A stretch of DNA of 64,000 bases from Schmidtea polychroa (Eukaryota), in NCBI GenBank assembly GCA_044892525.1, contig CM097887.1:144376397-144440396 (forward strand), in the 5' to 3' direction. The notes beneath the pieces are model-generated. The model searched no databases. It was not told the origin of the DNA and worked only from the letters and a program-made list of their open reading frames with translations. The translations under genes were made by a program, and so were the position numbers. This document shows, piece by piece, positions 51,091 to 61,900 of this stretch. Position 1 is the first letter of the stretch; the number at the start of each line of letters is the position of its first letter.

Positions 51091-51759
51091 TTATGAATTG
51101 TTAACCATTGATGCTTCTGCTGGCGGCTGTTGGTTGGTTTGGGTATTGATGTTGAGATAGGTCTGACTATTAGATTTCGGCTGGATTGGTTGATTACTCG
51201 GGGTTCGAGGTCGGAATGGGGTTGGGTTAAGATTTGTCAGGGGCACTTCTTGAGGATTTTGGTTCGAGGTTACTCTTATTGATGTCGAGATTCTACATCT
51301 ATTTCGAACTTCGTAAATTTTCATGAATATTGGTAGACATAGGAGGAGGGTTTCTGCGATCACCACATATATGAGATAATGGGCGTTATTGATTTCGGGA
51401 GGTATTTTTGGCTTTTCTACCAGATTTCCAAAATTCTCTTGTTGCATTTGTTGTTCCAACTGGTCGAATTGTTGAATTTGTTCGAGGATTTGTTTGTTTA
51501 TCATTTTACAAATGGGATTCTTTTTACACATTGTTTGGATGTTGTTGATGTGTGATCGGGTTGATTGAATGGTTTGGATGATATGGGTTTTTACGGTCAT
51601 CGGGTATGTGCATTGACTGGATTCTTGTTTAGGTTCTTGATTTTGATTTCGGTAATCTCGTACGATTTTCGGTTGGGCGTCTATTTGTTTGCTCTCCATC
51701 AGAATCATCAATACCATCATTGTTATCATCATCTCGCCTCGCATGATACTATTATACAT
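51091..51759 (-). CDS. Predicted type I membrane protein (signal peptide, 3-Cys ectodomain, TM, Pro/Gln/Asn-rich tail)
   Basis: MMITMMVLMILMESKQIDAQ; TM YLIYVVIAETLLLCLPIFM. Confidence 0.7.
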   Translation of the reverse strand: MYNSIMRGEMMITMMVLMILMESKQIDAQPKIVRDYRNQNQEPKQESSQCTYPMTVKTHIIQTIQSTRSHINNIQTMCKKNPICKMINKQILEQIQQFDQLEQQMQQENFGNLVEKPKIPPEINNAHYLIYVVIAETLLLCLPIFMKIYEVRNRCRISTSIRVTSNQNPQEVPLTNLNPTPFRPRTPSNQPIQPKSNSQTYLNINTQTNQQPPAEASMVNNS

Positions 51760-51799
51760 TCATTATGTTTATTTACAATTGGTTTTAATGACCCTTAAT

Positions 51800-52552
51800 T
51801 TAATGGTTCTGATTTGGATTATTTTCGCCGATTCTCATCAAGGTGGACTCTGCTTTAATTACCCTGTGTCTTAACTCGGGCAGCATTTCCAATTGTCGGT
51901 CTTTTTCACGGGCTTCTCTCTTTAGATGTCTAATTTCTTTTTCTAAGCGTCTAATTTCTTCCCTTTTCTTTTCAAGGTTTCTTTTTAGCTCGATTTGTAG
52001 GAGATCTTGTTCGTTTTCTTGCAGGTAATTTTGTTGTTGATGTTTTCTTTCTATTTCTCTATATTTGCGGACCCACTTCCTCATTTCTTTACTTTCCCGT
52101 TGGTTTTCTTCTAGTTGTCGTTTTAATTTATTTATAGCTGTTTGGCGCTCCTCCGCCTCAGTTTTCCAGTAGTCTTGGATTACCTCCTTTGCTTTGAAGC
52201 TTGCCCTCTCTTTCCATAGTTCTTCCGCTATCTTTTCCCAGTTTTTCCCTCGCTTCCTTTGTTCGTGTAGCCATTCATTTTCCTCTTCCGTTTCTCTTTT
52301 TATTTCCCCCAACGCTTCGCACTCTTTCTTTAACACCTTTATCATTTTCCGGTCCTCTAGGTATTTGTTTATTAATCTCCCGTTTTCGTATTTCTCTTCC
52401 CGTAACTCGGCCTTTAGCGTTTGTGTTTCTGTTGTTTCTGCCTCAATCTCTCCCTCTTCTACGTCGCTCATAATTTCTATCATTTCCTCGATTTTCATAT
52501 CTATAATATGTACAGTTAATGGTGCGCTATAGTGCGACTTATACGTATACAT
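51800..52552 (-). CDS. Coiled-coil protein (250 aa)
   Basis: E/K/R/Q-rich heptad pattern over most of its length; intact. Confidence 0.7.
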   Translation of the reverse strand: MYTYKSHYSAPLTVHIIDMKIEEMIEIMSDVEEGEIEAETTETQTLKAELREEKYENGRLINKYLEDRKMIKVLKKECEALGEIKRETEEENEWLHEQRKRGKNWEKIAEELWKERASFKAKEVIQDYWKTEAEERQTAINKLKRQLEENQRESKEMRKWVRKYREIERKHQQQNYLQENEQDLLQIELKRNLEKKREEIRRLEKEIRHLKREAREKDRQLEMLPELRHRVIKAESTLMRIGENNPNQNH

Positions 52553-52676
52553 TGATATAAAATTTAATAGTTTGGGTTACAGTCCCTTGAATACTTTTAC
52601 AATACTTTAAATTTTTTTTTTTTTTTTGTTTGGGATATACGTCCCGGTTTTTAGTTTTTCATCTTTTCATCCACCC

Positions 52677-53786
52677 TTATACGAAGGTTTCCTCCTGGCC
52701 TACATAACCTTCATCACTATCGACCGCGGAATGTAACTGTATCGCAATAGGGTCGTATGGTAGGTAATATTGGGGAATTTGAGCTCTCAATTCACTAACT
52801 TCGTCTCTTAGAGCTCGAGTGATGTTCAATTCCTCGTCGAGCAGATAGGTGAGATACCTTGTCTCTTCATCTTTCGCCTCTATCTGTTTGTCTAGGGCCT
52901 TGATTTTCTCGTCGCCCTTCCATTTTTCAATTTCTATTTCTAAGTTTTTAATATTTTCGATGTACATTTTCCTTTCGTTTTCTAATTTTCTGTTTTTTCC
53001 CGCTAGGACCATGTTTCTTTGTTCCAGCGATCCTTGTAATCCATTAAGGTCTCTTTTCATCTCTTCTACCTGATTTACTAATTCCACAACCCGTCCCGCT
53101 TGTTGGGTTATCATCTCTTCCATTGCGGCATTCTCGTGCTCTCTTATGTCGCACTTCATTGCCAAATGTCGCTCAAACTCCATAGCCTTTGTTTGCCAGG
53201 TTTGGCTTCGGGCGGCGACCTTTCTCAACCTTTTCAATTCTTCCTTTATTATTAAATTCTCCTCCCATTTACCTTGTTCGCTTTCATATCCGAGTCTCAT
53301 GGGCAATTCTTTCATCTCTTTTTTCATTTCTCTGTTTTGTCTTTTCCATTTTCTCGCTTCTGCCACTAAGTGCATCATTTTCCTGTCTTCTATTTGTTTT
53401 TCCGCTTCGCGCTTGGTGTTCTCATCGGTAAGTCTTTTTCTCGCTTCCTGCACTAGCTGCTTTAAGTAGTGGCTGTGTGCTTCTTGGCGGGTATTTTCTA
53501 GTGACGCCCATTTTGATGCTCTTTTGCATGCTTCTGCTTCCGCTCTTAAGTTGTGTATTAACCATTGGTATTGACTATTCTCATCTTCTCTAGTTTCTTC
53601 GATGTGATTTCGGGTGAGATTAGTTAGTTGGAACATTACTTTGTTCCATTTTTTATTATGTTCTCGGGGAATTTGTGTCTTGTTGACATTGGTTGGGGCT
53701 ATCGCAGTTTCGGTTATTTTCTCTTGTGTCATCTCTAAATCATAGACATCGATTAATCTTTTTATTATGAAAAGGAATTTATTCAT
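52677..53786 (-). CDS. Long coiled-coil protein (369 aa)
   Basis: Extended heptads with a non-coiled C-terminal tail; intact. Confidence 0.75.
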   Translation of the reverse strand: MNKFLFIIKRLIDVYDLEMTQEKITETAIAPTNVNKTQIPREHNKKWNKVMFQLTNLTRNHIEETREDENSQYQWLIHNLRAEAEACKRASKWASLENTRQEAHSHYLKQLVQEARKRLTDENTKREAEKQIEDRKMMHLVAEARKWKRQNREMKKEMKELPMRLGYESEQGKWEENLIIKEELKRLRKVAARSQTWQTKAMEFERHLAMKCDIREHENAAMEEMITQQAGRVVELVNQVEEMKRDLNGLQGSLEQRNMVLAGKNRKLENERKMYIENIKNLEIEIEKWKGDEKIKALDKQIEAKDEETRYLTYLLDEELNITRALRDEVSELRAQIPQYYLPYDPIAIQLHSAVDSDEGYVGQEETFV

Positions 53787-53924
53787 TATTTACTGTTTCT
53801 TGGGAAATTTTCGCATCATTTTTGGGTTTTCGTATTTAGGGTTTTCATACTATTATTATATAATATTTTATTGGTTATATACACCGATATATACAGATTA
53901 TTATATACAACATTATTCGATTGG

Positions 53925-55313
53925 TTACTCCGTTCTACCCTTCTCCTCTTTCCTCACGGTCATCTTGATATATATGGTATCATTTCTCGCCATATCTTCT
54001 ACTCTTTGTTGTGAGATGAACGTAGGTGCTCCTGTTGCTGATCCTTCTTCGTTGAGGGGCCTCTGGTAAGCTATTTGATTCCCCGTTGTTTTGAAGCTTT
54101 GCTCATGTATACTTTGGTTGTTCATCAGAGTAATATCGATTTTTGCCTGGAACGGCCATTCTAATATTTCGTCGTATTCTCCTTTACATAACAGAAAGAA
54201 AATCGAAAAGTGCGTATCCAATCCGGTTCCGTCCCCGTTGGGATATACCTTCATTTTCATTTTGTACCCATTTTTCCAAGAATGGAATGTAGGACTTGTT
54301 ATTCTTGTCTCTTCTCCGGTTTTTGCTTTTCGTATTCTTTCTTTTACTCCCGTTATTTTCCATATGTAGGGTGCTGTTGGGGTTATCTCATTTAGATTTA
54401 TTTCCCGTATTTTCTGATGTAGCTCCTTGGCCTGATTATTACTGATTTCTGTTCGGTTTATTTGCATCTTTATGTTTGCTCGGGCTTCTTCGAACGCTTC
54501 CCTTTCTTCTAGTAGTTCTTTGACTAACACTTTCAACGATGTTATCTCTATCTCCATTTGTTTTACTTTCTCTTCGCTTTCTTGTAGCGCAGTCGACCAC
54601 ATTTCTGCGTGAGTTGAAGCATTTTCTACTAAATGATGTGGTAACTCACCTCGGTGTAGTAGTTTCTGACAACCCCATCTACCTAGTACACATGTCATTC
54701 TTTTCTTTTCGCATTCCCTTAGATGCTGTGCCACCTTCATTATTTCCCCTTGGTTACATCCGTTTGGGCATTCCCCACTGAACTCCGCACATACTCTCTC
54801 CTCTTGGACATTGTGATGTTTGAGGGTGAGATTTATCCACGTATCTATTTCTCCACAGTGTTCACATCTTTCTAATCTCTCTTCACACTGCTTTTGATGT
54901 TCTTTTTCTTCGCTTGCTCGAATGGTTTTATGGCACCTTTCACACTGGCCAATTCTGTACATACATTCTCCCATATGTTGTACTACCTTCCATATTACTC
55001 CTTTCCATTCGCATGGGGCATTTTTGCATCCCAGGTTGGTGTTTAACATGTCTTTCACTGCGGCTTTATCCTCGTTAGTGTCTTCTAAACTCGATATTAG
55101 TGTCTCTTTACACACCGGGCACCTCTGTGGTCTATTCTTTATTGCTTCACTGATACATTCTTTACATACTCTGCATCCACATTGCGTTTGGTGAGGTTCC
55201 TTTAACAACTTTTCACATATTCCGCACATAACATGTTTGTGTATTCTGATCGTTGTAGATTTTCGGACTTGCTCGACAATCTCTCTGAACTCTTCTCTTT
55301 GTCGTTTATCCAT
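53925..55313 (-). CDS. Intronless TRAF-family protein (RING, zf-TRAF repeats, coiled coil, MATH)
   Basis: CGIC...CGCRVCKEC...CPVC; CKNAPCEWKG..HMGEC; YIWKI, SPTF...GYKMKMKVYPNGDGTGLDTHFSIFF, GEYDEILEWPF. Confidence 0.93.
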   Translation of the reverse strand: MDKRQREEFREIVEQVRKSTTIRIHKHVMCGICEKLLKEPHQTQCGCRVCKECISEAIKNRPQRCPVCKETLISSLEDTNEDKAAVKDMLNTNLGCKNAPCEWKGVIWKVVQHMGECMYRIGQCERCHKTIRASEEKEHQKQCEERLERCEHCGEIDTWINLTLKHHNVQEERVCAEFSGECPNGCNQGEIMKVAQHLRECEKKRMTCVLGRWGCQKLLHRGELPHHLVENASTHAEMWSTALQESEEKVKQMEIEITSLKVLVKELLEEREAFEEARANIKMQINRTEISNNQAKELHQKIREINLNEITPTAPYIWKITGVKERIRKAKTGEETRITSPTFHSWKNGYKMKMKVYPNGDGTGLDTHFSIFFLLCKGEYDEILEWPFQAKIDITLMNNQSIHEQSFKTTGNQIAYQRPLNEEGSATGAPTFISQQRVEDMARNDTIYIKMTVRKEEKGRTE

Positions 55314-55398
55314 TCTATAATTATATGTACAAATAGTTCTTATCGATACAGGTTCGATATTTTATTTACAATTATTTACATTTTAAGCTAGGTTTGGT

Positions 55399-55782
55399 TT
55401 AGGGTTCGGAAGAGTCGGCTTCGTGCCCGCTCTCCTCTCTATTCATTAGCCATTCCGACCAGTCTTCCATTTCTGTCTGTTCTGCTTCCTCCCTCATTCG
55501 GTCTATTTCAATTTCCTGTCGACGGCTATATTGGGTTATCCTCTCTATCTCTCTTTGCATTTGTTCGATTTTTAACCTCTGGTCTTCAATTATCTTCAAA
55601 TAACTAAATCCTCTGTTCATACTCTCGATCAGGTTTCTGTGCATCGTCAGTCCTTGTTCTTGCAGATTGGACACTAATTGTGCTAATACGGCACATTGTT
55701 GCTTCCATAATTCTTCAGTTACTGTATTGTGGTTCATTTCGTTATTTCCTTGATCCATTCCTAATTTATATACACTTTTCAA
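55399..55782 (-). CDS. Small coiled-coil protein (about 120 aa)
   Basis: Intact ORF between the polyprotein and TRAF; heptad pattern and acidic tail. Confidence 0.6.
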   Translation of the reverse strand: MKSVYKLGMDQGNNEMNHNTVTEELWKQQCAVLAQLVSNLQEQGLTMHRNLIESMNRGFSYLKIIEDQRLKIEQMQREIERITQYSRRQEIEIDRMREEAEQTEMEDWSEWLMNREESGHEADSSEP

Positions 55783-55918
55783 CTCTTATGTAAATTTAAT
55801 TTTATTTTATGATTCCCGTTATTGTATAATATTGATACCGCGCTTATATAGAGATATAGTACTGTTATATACATAAGATATACTTACTTTTTACAATTAT
55901 ATACAGTCATATTCCTTT

Positions 55919-58900
55919 CTATATACGTGAGTTTGGAGGGCGCTGAACGTTCCAGGCCTCCACCCACTGTCCTTGTTTGATATCACTTGGTCGTTTCACT
56001 CGATGTTGGAAGTTTCTGATTCGGGTCATTTCTAGTTCTCCGCGATGTCGTTTATCTTTAATTATTTTTATTGTTCCCCCCGTTATGATTAGGAATGCCC
56101 CTGTTATTATTATCCCACTGATCCACATCATCTGCTTCACGCTTATACTCTCTGGTTTTTCCTTGTTTGTTAATGTTGATATCGCTTCTGTACTTTTCTC
56201 GTTTCCTCTTTTGCCATTTCCTTTCATCATTTCCCGTATTCTTGCTATTTCCTCGTTCATACCCTCCTTTGCCATCTTTTGTATTTTTTCCATCTCTTCC
56301 TCCGAAACATAGTTGTCCTGAGCTTCCTCACCAGTTTTCTTGTGCTTTCCTCCTTCGTTCTTTTCGTCGTGGTTTTTTCTTTTCTTTCCTCTTTTCCCCG
56401 GGTATCGTCGGCATTCTCTTTTTGATTCAATCCTCCAGATACAAACCGTGTATTCTTTCGGCGGCTGCTGCTGCGTCACATATTGATGGCATCTCTCACC
56501 TGGTCCTAATCTTGAAATACAGACTTTGTGCTCTTTTCTAGGTTGGATCTGCGTTATTACTACTTCACCACCTTTTCCTAGGTGTACCTCTTTTCCTTTG
56601 ACGTTCGTTATTCTCTTCCCGTCTCGATTTCGGTATGCTTCTTGTATTCTTACTTCTGTTATTGGTTCTGTGTCCTCATTTATCAGTACTAGTTTCTGAT
56701 ACGCTCTAGACATGCATCTTCCTAGTATGCACCTTTCCTTTAAGTCCCATTCTTCCTTTAAATCCCACTGCTGCTCTTGTGCTTGCTTTCTCTTTTCTTG
56801 TTTTAGTTCATCCTCTTTGCTATCTTGATTCTCCGCTTCTTTGGTTTCTTTTATCGTTCTCGTCCCTCCCTGAGCTGTTACTAACTCTATCATGGTAAGC
56901 ATAATTATCATTAATATCATATTTGTCTCTATTTCTTTGTTAGTGAAAGGTAGGCATACCCTCTGTTTTCCATTATTCGATTTTTCCTCCTCTTTGGTCT
57001 TGGTTCTCGGGCTGTTTCCCTCTCTTTTCGTATCCGAATCCTTGTTTTCTGGTTTACCCTCCTCCGGTTCTCTTTTCTCTTTATCCTCCTTTCGGTCTTT
57101 TCCGTTATTGTCATCGTGTTTATCTCCCTCGCTGTCATTTAAAATGTCGTCCTCGACATTTATATCGTTCAATAATCTGCGATATGCTGTTAGCACTCTG
57201 TTTCTTGCTAATTTTGCTTCGAATTCAAACTCTTTTCTACCCGTTGCAGCATGTCTCTTTCTATTCCATTCTTTAACTAACTCTCTCAATTGCATACGAC
57301 GATGTTTGCCAATTCGTTGTTGCTCGTTCTGATTTTGCGTGAATTTTAGGTCTTCTCTATTTAATACTATTAAAATAATTTTAGGCGTCCCCCCCTTAGT
57401 TAGGGTATTCTTTACCATCGCATTTTCTCCGTTTTCGTAGAATTCGTTTACATTTATCGCATATTTATTATTTGGTGGTACTCTCCAGGTTAATAATAAT
57501 TTCATTGCTTCTAGATTTTTCCGTACCGTATTCCATTGAAACTGAGATGTGTTTTTGCACATATTTTCAACTTCTTCTTCTGTCGCATTTTTGCAAATAA
57601 ATCTGATCATTTCTAAGTTTGGCTGTATGGTTGCCCAGTCCAAGGTGGAATTTCCTTCATTGGACCTTTCGTCTAGTTTCGATCCTGATTGATGTAGGAT
57701 GTGGAGTGTTTTTGGGTGTATTTTCGTTATAGCTGCATACATCATGGCGGTTTCACCTTGTTCATTTTTCGTGTTGGTTTCCTCGCCCATCTCCCCAAGG
57801 ATTCTCATGATCGTTATTGCTCTATTCTCTTTTGCAGCTAGTATTGCTTGTTGTAGGGGTGTTCGGGAATCCTTCGTTACCATCGTAAATGCTCGAGGCA
57901 AGAAGGTTTTGATTTTCCCGATATCTAAACCCGTGGTTTGATCTCTTGCGTATGTGTGTACGGCTTTTATTATTTTGGACAATATTATTTCGTCTGGCAG
58001 CTCTAGCATTTCCTCAAAGAACACTTCTTTTGCTTTGCGTATTATTGCCTCTTGATCTATACTCATTGATTTGGTTTCGATGACGTTGTTTGTGACCGTT
58101 CGGTTCGTTGTTGACTTTGATTCCCTGGATTTCTCATACCTTATTTTCGTTTTCTTTCCGTTTGGATTATTGATTCGTTCCTCTGCTGTAAGTATTTGGA
58201 TAATATCCATGTAATTCTCGCGGATGTTATTCATCGTGTCCATCATATATAACACACTTACTGTTTCCCAATATTTATGTCGTACTTGGTTAGTAAATTG
58301 GAATAGTGATTTTTCGAATGTGTCGATTCGCTTTTTTGTTAACTGTTCGTCTTTGTGATTTGTGAATTTTATCCCTCGTTCTAGTAATTGATTCGGGATT
58401 TCGAATAAATGATGTCCTTTCATAGCTTCTCTCATCAGCGTGTTCTCCCCTCTCGTGAACGCTTCGTTTACGTTGATCATATAATCGTTTCGAATTGGAT
58501 TTCTCCATGTAATTAATATTCCGGTAATTGTCGTCAGTTTTTCTTTGATCGCTGTTAGCAATCCATCATACATGTTTCCGACTTCCCGATTGTCCTCATA
58601 TGATAGTAGTTCCATCAATGACGTGAACGCCTCGGTACTTCTCCCTCTGATAGCATGATGTAGAGCGTTTTTCCGCTCGTGGTCTTGTGTAGTTATTTTC
58701 GATCCGGTATCGAGTAATGCGGTTATAATGTCTTTTGTTTTGCCTCTGTTTGCGGCTATCATTAATGGTGTGTAACCTTGGTTGTTTGTTTGTTCTGTTG
58801 ATCGCTTGCAGTCGTGAAATGCTTCTATTGTTTCTAGTATTTGCTCGTTGTTACCTACTTTCATGAGTTTGTGTAATGGTGTGTCTCCGTAATGATCTGT

Positions 58901-61900
58901 TATTGTAAATAATATTGGCCATTGGCTTTTGACTACTCGCAATAATGGGTGTGTCCTTTCTCTATTTGCATAGTTCTCGATCATCGTCAATAATCCTCCT
59001 AATATTTCGAAATCTAATCGATCTTTCGCCCATCCAGGTATTTTAATTTTTACCTCTTTTACAATCTTTTCCGCTTCTGATGGTTGGATACCTAATCGTC
59101 CAGTGATCGGTTCTGCGAGTTGTTGCATCATGTTCATTCGGTAGGTTTGCGAACGTGTGGTTAATGTACGGCCTTCTGGTTGACTAGTGGCTGTTTTTGG
59201 AATTGATTTGCATCGTGCCACGTTTACGTATATTGGTCTGGTAAAGGGGTTATTTACCAATTTCACTCTTACATTAGTTTCGCCTACGAATAAGATCTCA
59301 TATGGTCCTTTTCCGTTGCGTTGTAACTTTTTTGTGGTTCCTGGAATTAATTCCGGGGTTTCTATCATTACCCAATCCCCTGTTTGGAACGTATGTTGCT
59401 TCACGTTTTTCTTTCGATCGTGTAAATCTTTATAACTTTCCTGGTAGAACTTGATATTTAATCCCGCAGTTTCCCAAATTTCTTGCATTCTTTCCTTGAA
59501 TTTCGTAACATAATCATCGATCTCCATATACTGCGATATCGGTGGTTGGTATTCCAGGTCCATTGGCATATTACATTCTCTTCCGTACATTAATTTGAAT
59601 GGGCTCATTTTCGTTGATGCGTGAATCGACATTCTGTACGCCATAAGACATAGGTTTATATATTCGTCCCAATCTCGTTGGTGACGGTCAACGTAGTTTG
59701 ATAACATTTGTATAAGTGTTCCATTAAATCTTTCCGTCATCCCATTGGTTTGAGGGTGGTATGGAGATGTTCTTAGTTTTGCTATTTTGAAGTAATTTGT
59801 TACTTCGCTCATTATCTCACTCATAAAATTTGTTCCCTGATCGGTTAAGATTTGTTTTGGTGTTCCATATCGGCAACATATCTCTTCTACCAAAATTTTT
59901 GCGATTGTTTTAGCTTTTTGGTCTGGCATCGCGAATGCTTCTGGGAATTTCGTAAGAAAGTCTGTGATCACTAGAATGTAAACGTTTCCTTTATCTGACT
60001 CTGGTAGTGGACCAACTACGTCCATGGATATCATTGTCATTGGTTCTATTGGTACTGGCATTGGCGTTAAAGGTGCTTTCCATTTCGATCCCGTATTCTT
60101 CCTGGTTGCACAAGTTAGACAATTTTTTACCCATTCGGTTACATCTTCCGTTAACGTAGGCCAAAAATATTTCTGTTTCATTCTTGCTAACGTCTTTTTC
60201 GATGACATATGTCCTCCCAATCTCCCATCGTGATATTGCGTTAGTAACTCTTTTCGTCGGTTTTCCGGTATACACATTAATCGTTTTTCCCCATCCATTA
60301 TCAGCAACCAATCTTTCTCTATAATATATCGGTGTCGGTGTTTATCCATATGTTCTTTTAATTTTTGGTCTTTCGCATATACATCTGTCTGTCCGGTTTT
60401 TATATAATCGATAATTTGTTTTAATTCCGCGTCCTCTTGTTGGTCCTTTCGCAATTGACAGAAATCCAAATCTTCCGCTACTATTAAGCATATGCGTTGC
60501 ATTTCTGAATCCACCAAATCTGGGAAAATAAATCTTGACATACAATCGGCGTTGGCATTTGCTCTTCCCGCTTTAAATTTTATAAATGGGGAGTATTCTT
60601 GCAATTGCATGGCCCATCTCATCAGTCTACTGGACGCTTCTTTATGTTGCCCTAACCACACTAATGGTTGATGGTCTGTGGTTATGCATATCTCATGTCC
60701 CCATAGTAAATATCGGAAGTGTTTGATAGCTTGTATTATAGCCAATGCTTCTCGTTCTGTTACCGAATAGTTCTTTTCGTGCTTTTTGAATGTTCGACTG
60801 TAATACCCGATTACTCTCTCTTTTCCCTCATCGTCCAATTGTCCCAGAATCGCGCCTGCCGCGTACCCGCTTGCATCCGTTGCCAATAGAAATGGCTTCT
60901 TAAAATCTGGGTGTACGAGGATAGGTGCTTCGATTAGTTTGTCTCTCAGCGTTTCAAACGCCTCTTGTTGTTCCTTCCCCCATAAGAACGAAATGTCCTT
61001 CTTTACTAGTTCCTGGATTGGTTTTGCAATTCCTGCATAATTTTTGATAAATTTGCGATAGTATCCGCATAATCCTAGAAATTCCTGAACTTGGGTGACA
61101 GTTTTCGGTGCTGGACATAGTTTTATTTTCTCAATGTTTCTTGGATCTGGCTCCTTTCCTTTAGCTGACACTATGTGTCCTAAAAACGTGACTTTTTCCT
61201 TTGCCCAATCGCATTTTGATGGTTTGAGTTTGAGTTTCCACTGTCTTAATCTAATAAATACGTTTCGGATATCTTCTAGATGTTGTTCAAATGTCGCTGA
61301 ATAGATTAGTAAATCATCAATATATACCATACATTGTTTGATTCCATGGGTGACAAAGTTCATACACCGTTGAAATGATGCTGGTGCGTTAGTCAGTCCA
61401 AATGGCATTTTCCTGAATTGATATAGATCTCGTCCCAACGTGAAAGCTGTTTTCTCTTTGTCCTCATCTTTGACTTTAATCTGCCAGTATCCACTTTTTA
61501 GATCTAAAGAAGTAAAATATGCTGCCCCTTGCAACATCAATAACATCTCATTGATGTCTGGCAATGGATAGGTATCTCTCTTGGTCACTGCGTTTAACTT
61601 CCGATAATCGATACAGAATCGTTGGGTGCCATCTTTCTTTTTCACCATGACCACTGGGAATTGCCAGGGTGAGCAACTTGGTTCGATTACTTTTGCGTCT
61701 AGCATCTTTTGTACTTCTGTTTCGGCTATTTCTTTCTGCATTTCTGCTAGCTTGTATGGTCTCAATGCAATTGGAGTTTCATCTATGAGGGGTATTGCAT
61801 GTAGGGTAACATCGCATGTACCCAAGTCTAAGTCTGAGATGGCGAATATATCTTTATATTCTACCAACAATCGGTGTAATTTTTTCTTTTCATCATTCGT

